This document shows positions 45,207 to 55,688 of a stretch of 64,000 bases of DNA, one piece after another (position 1 is the stretch's first letter; each line of letters opens with the position of its first letter). The translations under genes and the position numbers were made by a program. Origin of the DNA: an uncultured delta proteobacterium (GTDB lineage Bacteria > Desulfobacterota > Binatia > UBA9968); contig CAVUVW010000020.1 in NCBI GenBank assembly GCA_963745035.1, forward strand, positions 32,001-96,000. Reading direction: 5' to 3'. The notes under the pieces are model-generated. The model was given only the letters and a program-made list of their open reading frames with translations. It did not search any database and was not told the origin of the DNA.

Positions 45207-45478
45207 TTACGGCGATGAGCCGGAGGAATAAAAAATTCCTGCCTTCTTCGTTCGTCCGACGGCAGACCGTCCTAAAACCGGTAACTGTCCCGCCTTTGCA
45301 CAGAGCAAAAACGAGACGCAAGTCGTAACCCGGCGGAATGAACGCATTTCCATTCACCGTCATAAATCGGTCTTCACAGTAAACTCGCCGGCATTCCTGC
45401 TCTTCCACGCCCGCGATATCGCACCAGGCGCGCTGATGCGCATGAGCGCGGGCTCCGGCATGCAGATAAATCGTGATC

Positions 45479-45600
45479 CAGGCTGTTCAAAAGGCCAATG
45501 CGAGTCGCGCGAGAAATCGACGAGCGGAGGCGTATTTACTGAGACGTTGGAGCGAGGCGATCGGGCGCAACGAAGCAGGTGGGCCTTCTTCCGGGTTGCT
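45479..45600. mobile_element. MITE-like element, copy 2 (decayed right end)
   Basis: Matches 2303-2424 (GAGAAATCGACGAGCGGAGGCGTATTTACTGA...GCAACGAAGCAGGTGGGCCTT). Confidence 0.7.
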
Positions 45601-46180
45601 TGCGATTATGGTCGCTATCCGAGCAATTCAAACACACGTAAAAAACAGGAGGTCTATGGCGAGTGCAGCCAAATGATCCGACGGGACCATAGGTCGAGGT
45701 CTGTTCGGAAATTCGGCAGCATCTCGAAATCCGATTCCTAGAAAAAGATCTGGATGGTATCGAGCAGCTCGGAAGATTCTCAAGCTGGAAAAAAATCTTG
45801 TCTTCCGCGTCGGCGGTTTTGAGCTCGGCGATGATGATCTTGGCTCGACGTGTCCAAGCAGGAACCTCAGTCGAGCCAAAAATTCCTCGCCGAGAGCTCA
45901 GAACCGCCGACGCGGATAGAGAAATTTCGAGGACAAGTTTTCCAGCTGGTGTGAGCCTCAAGCACCGTCGAGAAGATGAAGGCGAGATCGCTGCAAAGCC
46001 GAGGAGAGCGAGATGGCCTGGAAGGTTACGCGAGGAGATGGCTCGACGCTAAAAAAGAATTGGTCCGTCAAGCGACCAAAAAGCAGGGCGCTCAACAAGT
46101 CGGGCCGGCGAAAGCCGAAGTCCTGCAGCGTGCGGCGGCGTTCGGGACGGGCTGGCGGCCGGATCGAATTGCTAATACCG

Positions 46181-46594
46181 CTAGCTGTAAAATTTTTTGC
46201 CCGGCGCCGGCCCGGCGCGCGGCGCGGCGCGTTTTACCTGGATTTTATCGTTGACGATCACTCCTGCATGGGCGCTCTTGGCAAGCTCCACCGCGCGCTC
46301 GCGCAGCGCCTCGGAAGCCACCGTTCCGGCGAGCGTGACATGATTGCGCGTGACATCAGCGCTCACCGTTAGCTTTGCCGCCTTGATCTCCGCATCTTCG
46401 TCAAGCTTCGCTTTGACCGCTTGTTCGAGCTTCGCGTTCGCCTTGCCGGCATCGCCGGCACCCAGCGGCTTTTTCGTATCCGCCATAGCCGTTTTCTCAT
46501 GGGACGCGCCGTGCGTGGGAAGCGCCGGCGCGAAGGCGAGAACCAATGCGGCCATCAATACCGCGGCAGCGAAAAGATTTTTTTCGCGTTTCAT
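46181..46594 (-). CDS. Secreted BON-domain protein
   Basis: Signal peptide; VKAKL...VTLAGTVASE...AV.LA...VNDKI. Confidence 0.85.
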   Translation of the reverse strand: MKREKNLFAAAVLMAALVLAFAPALPTHGASHEKTAMADTKKPLGAGDAGKANAKLEQAVKAKLDEDAEIKAAKLTVSADVTRNHVTLAGTVASEALRERAVELAKSAHAGVIVNDKIQVKRAAPRAGPAPGKKFYS

Positions 46595-46615
46595 CGCAAT
46601 TCATGCTTGCGAACG

Positions 46616-46630
46616 GCAAGAAATATGCCA
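46616..46630 (-). promoter_or_regulatory. sigma54 promoter
   Basis: TGGCAT-ATTTC-TTGC. Confidence 0.75.
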
Positions 46631-46906
46631 CGTCGCAATCTTCAACGGTGCACGCGCGTCATAGCGCTTGTGCAACAGCGATCTGCTTCTCCCCTGCTTT
46701 TCGTCCCAGCGTCGAAACGAGCACCTCTCCATCGTTTGCAAACTTGGGACGAGTGCAACGAGCTGCTCGCAGTGATACGCAAGCGCGCACGTGCCATGCG
46801 GGTTGAATCGGAATCGAAATCGAGTCTTACTTCCGGCAATTGCGGTGGCTGAGGCGCGAGGCTCATGAAATTCCACGATCTTCCTACCCCGCGTTCCTCA
46901 TCCAAG

Positions 46907-46921
46907 TGGCATTTTCTTTGC
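46907..46921 (+). promoter_or_regulatory. sigma54 promoter
   Basis: TGGCAT-TTTCT-TTGC. Confidence 0.7.
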
Positions 46922-47252
46922 TCCCCTTAGTGCTCGTGTCGAAGTCGCGCGGCGGATGCATCCATGCTGAAGAGCGCCAATGATATCGTCGATTTTCCCA
47001 TCGGCGATACGCGCAACTGGTGGCCCGGGCAAGAAGGTGCTGCTATCACCGCTTTGGACCGAACAGTTGACTGGCGCGAACGAAATGTCGTCGAGCTGGC
47101 GCGGCGCGAAGATCAAGGATAGCCCGGAGTACGACAACTCGGCGCCAGCGATCGCGAATACGAAGAGCGCTTTTACGGATATTACGGTGAAAACGGCTAT
47201 TGGCCGCCGGAGCCAAACGAACAAACTGATTTATTTTTTGGAGGAAAAAAAT

Positions 47253-47909
47253 ATGGCACTGGATCGCGGTGAACGAGGACATCGAGGCGACCATTTTTCC
47301 CGGGGCGGCCCGGAGCGCGACCGGAGAGAATTCGACGAAGACGATCGCGACTATGCGCGCGCCGACTATGACGACGATTATCCGCGCCACGGACGACCGA
47401 TCGAGGGCCGCCACTGGCGTGGCCGCCGCTACGGCGCCGAAGAGCCGCTGGATCGCGGGCGCGACTACGACGACTATGACGCCGAACGAAGGCGCACGCT
47501 TAATACCGAGCATCGCGATCCTTTCCTGCGCCACGGCGAGAGCGAAGGCCGCTTCCGCGGCGAGGGCGGATCGTGGCGGCGCGAGGCGCGCCGCGATGAA
47601 AGCTTTGACGATCAGGATCGCTGGTCCGGCCCGTACGCCGGCCGCGGCCCCAAAGGTTACCGCCGCTCGGACGAGAGAATCCACGAGGACGTCTGCGAGC
47701 GGCTCATGGAGCACCCGAGCATCGACGCCAGCGACGTCGAAGTATCGGTCAACGAAGGCGACGTCACCCTGACCGGCCTAGTCGAGAGCCGGGCGATCAA
47801 ACATTTGACCGAGACCATGACCGAAACCGTCCCGGGAGTGAAAGAAGTTCACAATCATCTGCGCGTGGCGCCGCAAGTCGGCGGCGCCGGATCGCGCCTG
47901 GTGAGATAG
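47253..47909 (+). CDS. BON-domain protein with R/D/G-rich disordered N-terminus
   Basis: GRGPKGYRRSDERIHEDVCERL...VTLTGLV...GVKEVHNHL; GGAGG RBS. Confidence 0.88.
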   Translation: MALDRGERGHRGDHFSRGGPERDRREFDEDDRDYARADYDDDYPRHGRPIEGRHWRGRRYGAEEPLDRGRDYDDYDAERRRTLNTEHRDPFLRHGESEGRFRGEGGSWRREARRDESFDDQDRWSGPYAGRGPKGYRRSDERIHEDVCERLMEHPSIDASDVEVSVNEGDVTLTGLVESRAIKHLTETMTETVPGVKEVHNHLRVAPQVGGAGSRLVR

Positions 47910-48109
47910 CAACGTCCACGAACCGTCCGCCGCGCGACCGGGATTAGAAAGCCCGGCCGCGGGCGGAGCGCAGCCACTCCGCCCGGCCGATGGGTATCGA
48001 CGCGCCCGCGGTCCTTCGGTTCAGCATAGTGCGTAAGCGCATCTTAAGCGGGAAATTGAAGTTGAACGCGGGCGCGTTCGTTTCATAAAGAATAAGAAAG
48101 GTCACGAGT

Positions 48110-48592
48110 ATGGCCGTCCGACTGAATCACACGATCGTTGCTGCGCACGACAAAGACACTTCGGCAATGTTCTTGACTCGGATCCTGGGACTGCCGGCGC
48201 CCGCGGAAGTCGGCCCGTTTGCGGTGGTGCAAGTGAGCGATGACACCTCGCTCGACTATGTTGACACCGACGGCGAGGTCACGTCGCAGCACTATGCATT
48301 TCTGGTGGAAGAGAACGAATTCGACGAAATCTTCGGACGGATTCGTGAACGGCGCCTCCCGTACTGGGCCGACCCCTACCGCCGCGAACGCGACCAGATC
48401 AACACCTGGGACGGCGGGCGCGGTGTTTACTTCGACGACCCGAACGGCCATCTGCTGGAGATCATCACCCGCCCGTACGGTAGCGGGGGTACGACAACGT
48501 CCAGACCCCACCCGTTGTTCGCACGGACTGTGAATCCCGAAGATCACCAGGACAACTCCAATCGCCAAGGAGATGAACATGTTGAGCGATAA
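48110..48592 (+). CDS. VOC/glyoxalase family protein
   Basis: LNHTIV, HYAF, GRGVYFDDPNGHLLEI. Confidence 0.9.
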   Translation: MAVRLNHTIVAAHDKDTSAMFLTRILGLPAPAEVGPFAVVQVSDDTSLDYVDTDGEVTSQHYAFLVEENEFDEIFGRIRERRLPYWADPYRRERDQINTWDGGRGVYFDDPNGHLLEIITRPYGSGGTTTSRPHPLFARTVNPEDHQDNSNRQGDEHVER

Positions 48593-48955
48593 AGATGCGG
48601 CCGCAAATATAGCGGTCAAAGATTTGCAGGTTGCGAAGAAATTTTACGAAGACACACTCGGTCTCAAGCAGGCCGGGGCCGAGGGCGATGAGCTGGTTGT
48701 CTATAAGAGCGGCAACACCATGCTCAACGTCTACCGATCGCAGTACGCCGGAACCAACAAGGCCACAGCCGTAACCTGGCGGTCGGCGACGATGTCGAAG
48801 GCATTGTGCGCGCGCTCAGGGCCAAGGGCGTCGTCTTCGAGCATTACGACATGCCTGACATGAAACGCGAAGGTGACCTCCATGTCGCTGGCGATATGAA
48901 GATCGCTTGGTTCAAGGACCCCGACGGCAACATTCTCAACATCATCAACTCATAA
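48573..48955 (+). CDS. VOC/glyoxalase family protein (frameshift near 48780)
   Basis: AKKFYEDTLGL, then AWFKDPDGNILNI in the shifted frame. Confidence 0.85.
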
Positions 48956-49097
48956 CGTTACCGTTCGGCGCGGGCAGATCGCGACGGCGGACTTGAACGT
49001 AAGCGAAAATATCGCTGCCAGCGCCGCGTTTCCAAGTCCTTGGCGCCGAATAGAAATTTTAACTGATTTTGCTAAGGAGAATTTTATGGCCCGGATT

Positions 49098-49400
49098 CTA
49101 TAAAAAGTGGGACACGTCGAGGCCGCCGATCTCCCCGATCGGCCGGCCGATATGGGCGCGCAGGAGATTACAAATCGCGGTGCACAGGGCAAGGTCGCTG
49201 AAGAGCAGGCAGCCGACGTAGGCGTGCCCTTCGTGCTCGATCACCAAATAACATTTGTCCGATATCCGACTGCTCCCATAGACGTATTTGAGAACACCCA
49301 TCTCGCCGCGCAGGCTTCGGCCGTCGTCGCGGCTGGTCCACGTTGGCGGCCAACTGGGAATCCCGCGGTAAGACACCGCCGGATGGTGTCTCAGCTCCAT
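49098..49400 (-). CDS. LRDHP/WPP family small protein, copy 3
   Basis: LRHHP..WPPTW..GEMGVL..CYL..YVGCLLF..IGGLD. Confidence 0.85.
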   Translation of the reverse strand: MELRHHPAVSYRGIPSWPPTWTSRDDGRSLRGEMGVLKYVYGSSRISDKCYLVIEHEGHAYVGCLLFSDLALCTAICNLLRAHIGRPIGEIGGLDVSHFL

Positions 49401-49518
49401 GAACGCCAAAATAATCATTTTGGATATCGTGTCAATCCTGACACGATATTTTCATCTGCCCCGATTTTAGGACAGTAGACGGCCTGAAGTCGGCCTCGCG
49501 ACCAGGTTATAAAATCAG

Positions 49519-49845
49519 CTATAAGGTGTGGGAGACATCCAGATTGCCGATCTCCTCGATCGGCCGCCCGATGTGTTGTCGGAGGAGGCTGGAGATTTGC
49601 GCACAGACTGAGCGATCGCTAAAAATCAGACAACCCGTGTATCTTTCCTGTTGGTGATCGATGATCAGATAGCATTTGTTCGATGCGTTGGGATTCGCGT
49701 ATATGTATGTGAGAACTCCGATCTCCCCTTTGAGCGACTTCCTTTCGCCGCTCTCCCTTACGACGCCACGCGTCCATACCGGCGGCCAGTTGGGAATATT
49801 TCGATAACACATGGCGGGATGATCTCGCAGTTTCATGGTCATCAT
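49519..49845 (-). CDS. LRDHP/WPP family small protein, copy 4
   Basis: LRDHP..WPPVW..GEIGVL..CYL..YTGCLIF..IGNLD. Confidence 0.85.
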   Translation of the reverse strand: MMTMKLRDHPAMCYRNIPNWPPVWTRGVVRESGERKSLKGEIGVLTYIYANPNASNKCYLIIDHQQERYTGCLIFSDRSVCAQISSLLRQHIGRPIEEIGNLDVSHTL

Positions 49846-49920
49846 CTTTCAAAGCAACTATGCGGGCAGCGCGGACGGAGCATTGCAACAAAAGAGTTCT
49901 CAATGCAACCGCAACAAGGG

Positions 49921-50984
49921 TTATGGCTCCTGTGCTTCTCCCGGTGCTTCGTCCGGTATTTCTTCTTGCGCTTCCTCCTTGATTTGCGCACTTAACAAGA
50001 GATTGCGAATCAGCGTTGCTTGCTCCTCCGCCACTCGCGACTTCGTTGCGAATTTCTCCGCCACCGGCTCTTGCTTGTTGGCGCGCGCCCGTGCCGCCAA
50101 GCGGCGCGCCAAGGCGGCGTTTTCCTGGAGGGTGCGAAACGCGCTCCAGAGCGCCGATTCGAGACTTTCCCCCTGCGTGCGCAGCAAACCTGCGGCGCTG
50201 TAGGCATGGCCGACGCGGCAGCGAAAACGCAGCCATTCTTCATCGTGCAGCTCCCAAAGAGTGCCGCCACAGTCGGGACAGCCGTAGGTCGAGGGGGTGC
50301 CCGGCCGTTCGCCGTCATCGATATCGACCCCGTTGAGCGCCTCCAGATCGGTTTCCTTTTCCAGCTCATTTTTTTCATGCGCCACGATCGCACCTCGATC
50401 GGTTGGAGTTGTGCGCTCGGTCAACTCGACAATAGTTTGCGGTATCGCGTGTTTGGGGAGGCAATAATCACCGGCACGGCGGCCAGGGCGTTGCGCGGCA
50501 TGTCCGGAGACATAACATCGTCGGGATCCTGCACGATGGCGATTCCGCCGCGACCTTTGATAGCGAAAAGGCCGGCGGTGCCGTCGTCGAGCGATCCGGA
50601 AAGCACGATGCCGATGACTCTCGGGCCGAACACCCGGGCCGCCGTGCGAAACAGCGGATCGATTGCCGGCCGGTGATTGTTCTCCCTCGGGCCGCGCACG
50701 ACGCGCACGTGATCCTTGCGCAGCAACAAATGGAAATCCGGCGGCGCCACGTAGATGCGCCCCGGTTCGATCTTCTCCTGGTCCTTGGCATGGGTCGCGG
50801 GCAATGGACCCGAGCGGCGCAGAATCTCCGGCAGGTAGCTGCGGCTTTGGGAATGCACGTGGCTGACGATAAAGACTGCGGCGGGCAGACCGGGCGGCAG
50901 CCGCCGCACGATTTCCAAGAGGGCTTCCAAGCCGCCGCTGGATGCTCCGATCGCTACGATGTCCCGTTGTGCGGATTGCGCCAT
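49921..50984 (-). CDS. cheB: CheB-type methylesterase with C-terminal zinc ribbon (frameshift near 50469)
   Basis: GASSGG, SH, RPAIDPLF, LSGSLDDG; C-terminal CPDCGG...FRCRVGH; no receiver domain. Confidence 0.85.
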
Positions 50985-51041
50985 GGCGACTCATTCTTCC
51001 CGCGGAAAAGAACAGATATGCGCGGTCTCTGCCGCGCGCCC

Positions 51042-52913
51042 TCACATCCCCATCTCCTCCATCATGATCACCGCCCCTTGGGACGCGCCTTTGGGCCCGT
51101 GGAACGGCGTCATCGAAACCCGGCACTTGATGGCGCGGCCGCGCCGGTTGACCGCGTCCAAAATGAGCTCCTGCGGCTGATTGCCGTCGCCGATCACTTC
51201 TCGCACCGGCTCCCGCAATTGCCTGACCGGCAGACCGATATCGATGCTGAGCAGCGAGCGGCCTTTCACTTCATCGAATCTGACGCCCCAGAGATCTTCG
51301 GCGAGATGGTTCCAGATAAGAATCTTGAGATCGCCGTCGACCACGGCCACACCGCCGCGCAGGCTCGACAAGATCGAGTTCAAGAAGGCATTGGCGTCGT
51401 GGAGCTCGTCGGTGCGCTCGCGCAGCTCGCCGTTGATCGTCTGCAATTCCTCGTTGGTCGACTGCAGCTCTTCGTTCATGGTTTCGAGCTCTTCGTTGGT
51501 CGACTGCAGTTCTTCATTGGTGGTTTCGAGCTCTTCATTGGTCGACTGCAATTCTTCATTGGTGGTTTCGAGCTCTTCGTTGGTCGACTGCAATTCTTCG
51601 TTGGACGCCTGGAGCTCTTCGTGGACGGTTTCCGCCTCCTGGCGCGCCTTTTGAACGTCGTACTCAAGCTCATGGTAGCTCGTCACATCGTCGAATGTAA
51701 CATACGCGCCCATCAACCTGTCGTTTTCCAGCAGCGGCATCACGCGCACTTCGAGATATCGCAGCTCGCCGGTTTTCACGCGGCGTTCGACCTCGGTAAG
51801 GATAATGGTCTTTCGCTCCTTATAGGCCTGCTCGAGCACCGAGCGCAGCTCCGCGGGGCGGTACGACAGCTCGAGGTCCTGGAACGGCCGCCCGAGATCT
51901 TTCGGATCGATGCTGAAAAGCTCGCGCGCCTGCCGGTTGGCAAGCAGCAAGCTGCCGTCGGCGTCGATGATTACCTGCGGCGTGTCGCCGAGCTCGAAGG
52001 TTGCGTCGCGCAGGCGCACATGGCGATCATGATTCTGGATATCGATGCCGCCGGTCGGCTGTCCGAACACCAACAGGCGGTCGCGCAGGCTCACCTGGCT
52101 TTGCTTGCAGAAGATCCGGTGCTTGAGCTCGACCGGCGCAAACAGATAGGAATGCACCACCAGCATCTCGGCCTTGCCGAGGAACAGACAGCCGTTGTCG
52201 TTGAGCGCATAGTTGAAGCGGCCGAGAATCCGCGTCTGGGTTTCCGCGTTGAAATACATCAACACGTTGCGGCAGACCAAAAGATCCAGGTGCGACATGG
52301 GCGCGTCCTGCACCAGATCGTGGCGCCCGAAGATCACCGAGCGGCGCAGTTCGGCGTTAAAGATATAGCGGCCGCTCGCCGATTCGAAATACTTTTTCAG
52401 CAGGTTTTCCGGGACGGCGTGAACGTCTTTTGCCGTGTACGCCGCCAGGCGCGCGATCGTAAGCGCGTCCTCGTCGGCGTCGGTGGCGTAGATTTTCACG
52501 CGCCGCTTGAATTCCTCCCGCCCGAGCGCTTCGCACAGTAAAATCGCGATGGAGTAAGCCTCCTCCCCGGAGGCGCAGCCGGCGCTCCACACGCGAATAA
52601 GTTCTCCCGCGCCTTTGCCCTCGGCCAAGCGCGGAACGATCGTTTCTTTCAAGCACTCCCAGGCGGCCGGGTCGCGGAAAAAAGACGTGACGTTGATCAG
52701 AATCGCATTGAACAGCGCGTTGAACTCTTCGGGATGCACTTCGAGGTAGTCCACGTAATCGGGGAAGCTCGCGACATTGATGGTCTGCATCCGACGCTCG
52801 ATGCGGCGCATCAAGCTGGGCCGCTTGTAACCGGTGAAATCGAAGCCCCGGCTCTGGCGCAGATACTCCAGCAGATGCTCGAATTTTGCGTCCGATTTTT
52901 CAGCGCGACTCAT
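51042..52913 (-). CDS. cheR: CheR methyltransferase-PAS-coiled coil-PAS protein
   Basis: INVTSFFRD, WSAGCASGEEAYS, CRNVLMYF, PAS, NEELQST/NEELETT heptads, PAS; no kinase domain. Confidence 0.92.
   Translation of the reverse strand: MSRAEKSDAKFEHLLEYLRQSRGFDFTGYKRPSLMRRIERRMQTINVASFPDYVDYLEVHPEEFNALFNAILINVTSFFRDPAAWECLKETIVPRLAEGKGAGELIRVWSAGCASGEEAYSIAILLCEALGREEFKRRVKIYATDADEDALTIARLAAYTAKDVHAVPENLLKKYFESASGRYIFNAELRRSVIFGRHDLVQDAPMSHLDLLVCRNVLMYFNAETQTRILGRFNYALNDNGCLFLGKAEMLVVHSYLFAPVELKHRIFCKQSQVSLRDRLLVFGQPTGGIDIQNHDRHVRLRDATFELGDTPQVIIDADGSLLLANRQARELFSIDPKDLGRPFQDLELSYRPAELRSVLEQAYKERKTIILTEVERRVKTGELRYLEVRVMPLLENDRLMGAYVTFDDVTSYHELEYDVQKARQEAETVHEELQASNEELQSTNEELETTNEELQSTNEELETTNEELQSTNEELETMNEELQSTNEELQTINGELRERTDELHDANAFLNSILSSLRGGVAVVDGDLKILIWNHLAEDLWGVRFDEVKGRSLLSIDIGLPVRQLREPVREVIGDGNQPQELILDAVNRRGRAIKCRVSMTPFHGPKGASQGAVIMMEEMGM
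51430..51625 (-). repeat. 21-bp tandem repeat encoding EEL heptads
   Basis: HEELQAS-NEELQST-NEELETT-NEELQST-NEELETT-NEELQST-NEELETM-NEELQST-NEELQTI. Confidence 0.9.
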
Positions 52914-53520
52914 GCTGCGTTTCCTTGACCAGGCTGACCAGGGTCGATGGAATTTTTTCGAGCGGCAGCACGAAATCGACGCCTCCGGTGGCGATCGCCG
53001 CGCCGGGCATGCCGAAGAATTCCGCGGATTGCTCGCTTTGCGCGATGACGATGCCGCCCATCTTCTTTATGGCCTTGACCCCCATCGAGCCGTCGCTTCC
53101 GGACCCGGAGAGAACCACGGCGATGGCCCGCTCTCTGAAGCTCGCCGCCACCGATTCGAATAATAAATCCGCTGAAGGACGCACAAAGTGGACTAGCTCG
53201 GACTGCGACAGCGAAAGGGTGCCGTCCGGATTGACCAGCAGATGGCGGTTCGGCGGCGCGATGTACGTCGTGCCCGGTTGCAATCGATCTCCTTCTTCGG
53301 CCTGCTTCACGTGCAGCCCGGTGCGCCGCCCCAGGATATCGGCCATCATGCTGCGGTGTCGCGGGTCGAGGTGCTGCACCACAACGAGCGTGGCGGGAAA
53401 GCCGCGCGGCAGCATCGTCAGCACTTCCCCTAGGGCGTGCAAACCGCCTGCGGACGCCGCTAGAGCGATGATGTTAAACAGGTGGCCGACGGGTCGCGCC
53501 GGATCGTCCTCGTTTGTAAT
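52900..53520 (-). CDS. cheB: Stand-alone CheB methylesterase
   Basis: AASAGG (upstream of the listed ORF start), VQH, RPSADLLF, LSGSGSDG, GMP; GGAGG then ATT at 53520. Confidence 0.88.
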   Translation of the reverse strand: MTNEDDPARPVGHLFNIIALAASAGGLHALGEVLTMLPRGFPATLVVVQHLDPRHRSMMADILGRRTGLHVKQAEEGDRLQPGTTYIAPPNRHLLVNPDGTLSLSQSELVHFVRPSADLLFESVAASFRERAIAVVLSGSGSDGSMGVKAIKKMGGIVIAQSEQSAEFFGMPGAAIATGGVDFVLPLEKIPSTLVSLVKETQHESR

Positions 53521-53589
53521 ACGTCCTCCATTCGATTAACGCCCGCGAGCGAACCGTTCTGTCATTGCTGCTCCGAACTCGCCGAAGCG

Positions 53590-53904
53590 TTATTCCAGGT
53601 AGCTCAGATCCAGGCTGCCGATGTGAGAAATGGGAGAGCCGCAATGTTTGGCGAGGAGCTCGCATATCTGCCTGCATGTTTCTGCCTCGTTGAACAGCAG
53701 GCAGCCCATGTATTCCCCGCCTTGATATTCCATGATCAGGTAGACGCGCGAGCGCGGCTCGACGCGCGACAGAAATACGTCGCGGAGAATTCCGACTTCG
53801 CCCCGCGGTCCCTCGTCATCGCCCGCGCCGCCGCGCCACGTCCAGATCGGCGGCCAATTTCTGAGACCACGATAATTCATCAATGGATGATCTCGGAGTA
53901 TCAC
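53590..53904 (-). CDS. LRDHP/WPP family small protein, copy 5
   Basis: LRDHP..WPPIW..GEVGIL..YMGCLLF..IGSLD. Confidence 0.85.
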   Translation of the reverse strand: MILRDHPLMNYRGLRNWPPIWTWRGGAGDDEGPRGEVGILRDVFLSRVEPRSRVYLIMEYQGGEYMGCLLFNEAETCRQICELLAKHCGSPISHIGSLDLSYLE

Positions 53905-53991
53905 TGTCGAACGCCCGCTTGTCCCGGAGAGATGGCGTCACTCTATGCCCGGCGCCGAATATGTCAAGCGAACCGGTCGGCGAGTAGTGAG

Positions 53992-54156
53992 CTAGCGAAT
54001 TTTGGATCTTCCAGTTTCGATCTGCTTCCGTATTCGTTCCGAACGGGCAAGCGCCTCTTTGGCGTCGGCGAGAGAAATTTTGGCGGTCTCGCGTAACGCC
54101 ATGGATTCCTTACAGAGCTGTCTGCTTGCTTCTCTGATCGACTCGTCTTTGGGCAT
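53992..54156 (-). CDS. 54-aa helical small protein
   Basis: MPKDESIREASRQLCKESMALRETAK...; GGAG RBS; below the ORF-track cutoff. Confidence 0.5.
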   Translation of the reverse strand: MPKDESIREASRQLCKESMALRETAKISLADAKEALARSERIRKQIETGRSKIR

Positions 54157-54407
54157 CGGCAGGACTCCTTTCCCCGTGGTTAGGGTTCGGGCTCCCGGTC
54201 CTGCGGCCCCGGTGGGATAAGCTCAAACTGTTATTCGATAAACAAGACTAGGCTCAATCAGGCGCGAGGTCAACGAGATCGCTCAATCAGCCGGCTGCAT
54301 CGCGCGCATTCGATCCGGCAGCGCTGCGCGCCGTGGCCGGCACACTTCCGCGCCGCCCTTTCTTTTATCTGCGACACACGGCCTCGGCTCCCGCCGTCGA
54401 ACTTTGC

Positions 54408-54422
54408 TGGCATCGCGCTTGC
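54408..54422 (+). promoter_or_regulatory. sigma54 promoter
   Basis: TGGCAT-CGCGC-TTGC. Confidence 0.78.
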
Positions 54423-54473
54423 TCCTCTCAATCGTCATCCTCCCATCGTTCCGTACCATGAAAGGAGATTCCC

Positions 54474-55673
54474 GTGAGCTTGGACCTGATGAAAGAAAAA
54501 GGCGTCGCGCTGGACCAACAGAAGTTCGACTGGCGCGACATCGTGCGCGCGCCGACGAGCAAGTTGAACGATGACGCATTCACCCGAGTGCGCATCATTT
54601 TGATGAACGGCATCGAATCGGAGGCGCTGCGATTCCAGCACGCCTGCGCGCGCATGAACAAAGACCTGCAGCTCGCGCTGGCTCGTGTGCGGCGCGTAGA
54701 ACAGCATCAACAAACGCTCGTCAATTGGCTACTGCCCGCCGACCTATCCCCGCTGGAAACCACCATCGGCTTCGAGCAGGTCGCCATCGAGGTCACCGCC
54801 AGCGTCGCGCAGCACGAGCCCGACCCGTATCTCGCCCAGGTGTACCGCTTCGGACTGCTCGAGGATTTCGATCACCTGTACCGCTACGCGGCGCTCATGG
54901 ACCGCATGATGGGCTGCGATGCCAACAACATCTTGCAGAGCTACACCGACATTCTTCCGGGACGGCCAACGGCGGTCGAGCACCGCGCGCCCGAGGATGA
55001 TTTGCGCAAGCCTTACGACCGCCGCAAAGCGGCGCCGATCACCAAGCTAAACGCGGTCACGATTATGGGCGGCGAGCATCAGACTCATGATTATTACATG
55101 ACGATCGGCCCCATGTTCGCCGACCCGATTGCGCGACAATTGTACGCCGAGATTGCCTCAATTGAGGAACAGCACGTGACGCAGTACGAGTCGATCATCG
55201 ACCCGGAGGAGACTTGGCTGGAAAAGTGGCTGCTGCACGAGGCCGTCGAAATTTACAACTATTATAGCTGTCTCACCTACGAGACGAACCCGCGCATCAA
55301 GACCATCTGGCAGCGCTTCGTGGACTACGAACTCGGCCATCTGCATTTTGTCTTGGAGCAGTTCCAGAAATTCGACAAGCGCGATCCGGCTGAAATCCTT
55401 CCGGAGTCCCTGCCGGAGCCCATCGAATACAAAAGCCATCGGGAATTTGTCCGCAAGGTGCTGAGCGAGGAAGTCGATCTGCGCGCCCGCGGCGCGGAGT
55501 TCATCGACAAGGAGAAGGAGGAGGCCGACGCGCCATCGCAGATCTACCGGGCGCAAATGAATGCTAACGGCTCGCCTTCGGAAACGGTGGCGGCGGGCTA
55601 CCAATGGAAGCCTGGCACCGAGTTGGCGGAAGAGACCGCGGATATTCGCAAGCTGCAAAAAAAAGTCGCGTAG
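54474..55673 (+). CDS. Ferritin-like superfamily protein (probably tandem four-helix bundles)
   Basis: Repeated E..H motifs (EQH, EDFDH, EHQTH, EEQH, ELGH); AGGAG RBS. Confidence 0.7.
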   Translation: MSLDLMKEKGVALDQQKFDWRDIVRAPTSKLNDDAFTRVRIILMNGIESEALRFQHACARMNKDLQLALARVRRVEQHQQTLVNWLLPADLSPLETTIGFEQVAIEVTASVAQHEPDPYLAQVYRFGLLEDFDHLYRYAALMDRMMGCDANNILQSYTDILPGRPTAVEHRAPEDDLRKPYDRRKAAPITKLNAVTIMGGEHQTHDYYMTIGPMFADPIARQLYAEIASIEEQHVTQYESIIDPEETWLEKWLLHEAVEIYNYYSCLTYETNPRIKTIWQRFVDYELGHLHFVLEQFQKFDKRDPAEILPESLPEPIEYKSHREFVRKVLSEEVDLRARGAEFIDKEKEEADAPSQIYRAQMNANGSPSETVAAGYQWKPGTELAEETADIRKLQKKVA

Positions 55674-55688
55674 CGACGGGAGGAATAT

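Noticed and set aside
51430-51625. CRISPR-like array
   Set aside because: These are in-frame 21-bp coding heptads without unique spacers, and no cas genes are present.
49921-53520. Conventional chemotaxis operon
   Set aside because: No cheA, cheW, cheY or MCP gene lies in or beside the operon.
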